A stretch of DNA of 64,000 bases from Verrucomicrobiota bacterium (GTDB lineage Bacteria > Verrucomicrobiota > Verrucomicrobiia > Limisphaerales > AAA164-E04), in assembly GCA_047947115.1 (NCBI GenBank), contig CP170459.1, positions 480,001 through 544,000 of the forward strand. Direction: 5' to 3'. The notes beneath the pieces were generated by a model. That model searched no databases. It was not told the DNA's origin and saw only the letters and a program-made list of their open reading frames with translations. Below, one piece after another: positions 61,644-64,000 of this stretch; within the stretch, counting starts at the first letter, position 1; the number at the start of each line of letters is the position of its first letter. Position numbers and translations under genes: made by a program.

Positions 61644-62243
61644 GGTCCTGATGATGGCTGAATCGGCTTCCAGCCATCCATAGATCAATTCGCAGTTTCT
61701 CGTTTCAAGTCACATAATCATGCAAAACAGACATCAGATAACGAAGTTCATCATCCACATCCCCGGGATCTGAAACTGTTTGAGCCACTTGCTGACGAAG
61801 CAACTCACCATATCGAGTCCGCATGCGTTTGACATTCATCTTCACTCCACTTTCGGACATTTTTAATTCCCGGGCAATGGAGGCATAGGGACGCTTGGAA
61901 TCAGAAGTTGAGAGCGACCACTGCAGTGCATCAAAAATGTGTACGCGATTTGAAAAAGCATACTCCTGGCGAACTGCCTGCATCGTGCGATCCAGCAGTC
62001 GGACGGCCCATTGTTGGTCGTAATCCTTCTCGGAGACATCCCCACACGAATCGTCCACAGGTTCCACAATGGCCTCATCCCAAGAAATAAACCCGACCTG
62101 ACCACCGCGTTTATGGGTTTGTTGACGCCGCCATTCGCTGACCATGTAACGTTTGAAAGCTGTCAAAAGGAAGCTGCGAAACCGACCCTTTGCGGGATCT
62201 GCTCTGGAAACAGTCTGATTTCCCAACAGATGGGTAAAAAAAC

Positions 62244-63591
62244 GGTTCTTCGACAATTCCAGTGGAATTAAATTAAGCCGGGATTCTGAGTTTGCCGGCT
62301 ACAAAGTAAAGCATAGTGATCATGTATACGGATGAGCGAAAACCTCTGGCCTTCCGCTTGACCGCGCTGAAAACGCTATTCAATCCTTCCATGAACGCTG
62401 TGGTCAGTTTCTTTTTCCAATGAGCAAGTATACCTTCCAAGTGACGTTCAATACTGTTTGCCACCTTGATCATTGGTTCCAACAAGTCCCCTGAATTTTT
62501 CGCCCTTCGTTTTACCCATCCTATCCATTTGACCATGTTTTTTCGCGCTGTAACCTCATTGCGACTGCGATAGACTTGTTGGAAATTTAATCGCATCTGG
62601 TAGGCGATTCCGGTTACTAAATTCTTCAAATCCAATTCCTCTAGCTGCTGGGTTTGACTCTTGGTTAGATTGGAGGGATTTTTACGAAATATCCAACGAC
62701 TTGCTTTGAGCTCCTTTTTGGAATCCTTGTCTCCTTGATTTGCTTCGGCTTTGCGCACTTTATCGACTGCGTCATTGACCATGGCCACAGCATGATACTT
62801 GTCGAATACAATCTCTGCGTTGCCTAGATTCTCCCTTACTCCCTTTTGATAGGCCGGACTCATATCGATGGCAACTTGAGTGATCGCTTTTGGATGTCCG
62901 TTGTGCGCATATAACGCATCTGCAAAGCGTTGGAATGTTTCAGCGTCTTTGCCCTCGGTGGCAAAAATGACTCTCTTCTCCATCAAATCAGCAAACACCG
63001 TCAGGTAATCATGCCCTTTGCGTGCAGACAATTCGTCCGCACCGATCCAAACCACTTCACTCATATCCAACTTTGAATAAGCTTCGTCGACATGGGCAAA
63101 AAGAATGCGCCACATGCGTTGATCACACTCTCCAATCAGTCCTGATGCTTTACTAACTGGCATCTCCCTCATCAACGCCAATGCAAATCCTTCAAAAGCT
63201 TGAGTAAAATGTTTTCCCTTACCCTCCCAGGGGACTTTAACCCGATAGGTTCGGTGACAAGATGGGCATTTGCCGCGAGGCACATTGCAGAGAATTTCAG
63301 ATCGTTTTCCAAATACATCCATATGTCGCCAAGACCTTGTTTCGGTGTGATCGTAACAGGTAATCCCAGACGATTTGCAGGTCTGATGGGGACAAACTTG
63401 TTTCTCCCAGAGTTTGTCAGTTTCAGTAATGACCATGAAAAACTTTTCCGTCTCTGAATCGTAGTCAACGCCTCGAACTTCCCAACACTCATCTAGCCCC
63501 AGCAATCCATGTATGGTCTTCTCAATATTCATGGAGCCATCATCTCACGATAGTTCCAAATGCTCAATTCCACTGTTTTTGTCGAAGAACC
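62244..63591 (-). mobile_element. ISL3-family insertion sequence (1348 bp)
   Basis: TIRs GGTTCTTCGACAAnnnCAGTGGAATT (23/26); 8-bp duplication AAAAAAAC at 62236-62243 and 63592-63599. Confidence 0.93.
62273..63532 (-). CDS. ISL3-family transposase
   Basis: Zinc-finger cysteines, IGADE, AIDMSPAY, FDKYH, EGLNS..KRKARGFR. Confidence 0.92.
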   Translation of the reverse strand: MNIEKTIHGLLGLDECWEVRGVDYDSETEKFFMVITETDKLWEKQVCPHQTCKSSGITCYDHTETRSWRHMDVFGKRSEILCNVPRGKCPSCHRTYRVKVPWEGKGKHFTQAFEGFALALMREMPVSKASGLIGECDQRMWRILFAHVDEAYSKLDMSEVVWIGADELSARKGHDYLTVFADLMEKRVIFATEGKDAETFQRFADALYAHNGHPKAITQVAIDMSPAYQKGVRENLGNAEIVFDKYHAVAMVNDAVDKVRKAEANQGDKDSKKELKASRWIFRKNPSNLTKSQTQQLEELDLKNLVTGIAYQMRLNFQQVYRSRNEVTARKNMVKWIGWVKRRAKNSGDLLEPMIKVANSIERHLEGILAHWKKKLTTAFMEGLNSVFSAVKRKARGFRSSVYMITMLYFVAGKLRIPA

Positions 63592-63795
63592 AAAAAAACC
63601 CTGAGTCAAATCCTTGGCCTGATGTTCATCATAACCACTCCTCAAAGCAAACCCGTACAACGGTGGCCAATAGACCTCGCACAATTGCTGCAGCGCAATA
63701 CTGGCTTGCTGGCCGGCATCACGAACGATGCTCCACGAGGTGGTTTTAAACACACCTGGCCGCGATGGGTCGTTTGAAGCTTCCATTGAAAAATT

Positions 63796-64000
63796 GGCCT
63801 CTTCTTCAGAATCTGTGGGTAAATTTAGGTTCGGGTAGTTCACCCATTGTGTGAAAAAGGGCTATTTTAAGCACTTCAAAGCTACGATAGCCGTAGGCTT
63901 TTCTGGTAGTCAGATTTATTTTGCGGTTCAAACCCTCAACAACTCCCGACGAAATAGTCTTTTTGGCCCTGAACCAATTCAGGATCAGCGGCTGATGTTT
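63796..64000 (-). mobile_element. Right end of a second, different ISL3 element (partial)
   Basis: Minus-strand frame 64000-63806 reads KHQPLILNWFRAKKTISSGVVEGLNRKINLTTRKAYGYRSFEVLKIALFHTMGELPEPKFTHRF*; GGCCTCTTC end at 63796. Confidence 0.85.

Larger units (their letters stand above)
61705..63786 (-). pseudogene. Kinase-associated ECF sigma factor interrupted by ISL3
   Basis: N-part FKTTSWSIV...LCEVYWPPLY...AKDLTQGFF (63592-63786) joins in frame to THLL...KGRFRSFLL...YASIAREL...DELRYL (61705-62235). Confidence 0.9.

Noticed and set aside
63529..63843. 104-aa ORF as a separate gene
   Set aside because: Chimera of the second ISL3 end, the ECF N-terminus and the first ISL3 end

Overview
Bacterial chromosomal window, most likely Verrucomicrobiota (Pedosphaerales/Limisphaerales-like; inferred from gene families, not from a marker gene). 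1-21 kb (minus strand) is a type IV pilus/type II secretion-like locus: pilB-pilT-pilB-pilC (pilC split by a 1-nt frameshift), an embedded degenerate BrnT/BrnA-like pair, two GspG-like prepilins, a translationally coupled FimT/PilV/PilW/PilX-like cassette ending in a 1370-aa PilX-like protein, and a >1800-aa subtilisin (S8) protease that runs off the left edge and is missing from the ORF track. 21-57 kb holds metabolic and housekeeping genes: a DUF1080/SGNH/cytochrome c fusion, rarA-sprT followed by a probable 6S-like RNA, sugar oxidoreductases and an MFS transporter, a divergent IlvD/Edd dehydratase, an ECF sigma cluster followed by a squalene-hopene cyclase-like gene, msrP, gcvT-gcvH, an orphan DNA methyltransferase and a SIS/MetE-like/MBL operon. 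57.5-64 kb is a decaying regulatory region: an IS4-family element splits an AraC gene, an ISL3 splits an ECF sigma gene, a second ISL3 abuts it, and a Ser/Thr kinase is truncated. Top leads are the pilus-plus-giant-protease locus headed by an apparently domesticated TA pair, a strong Thr-Asn dipeptide asymmetry in its exported proteins, and the structured RNA at 27964-28138. All family assignments come from motif recognition by eye; no searches were run.
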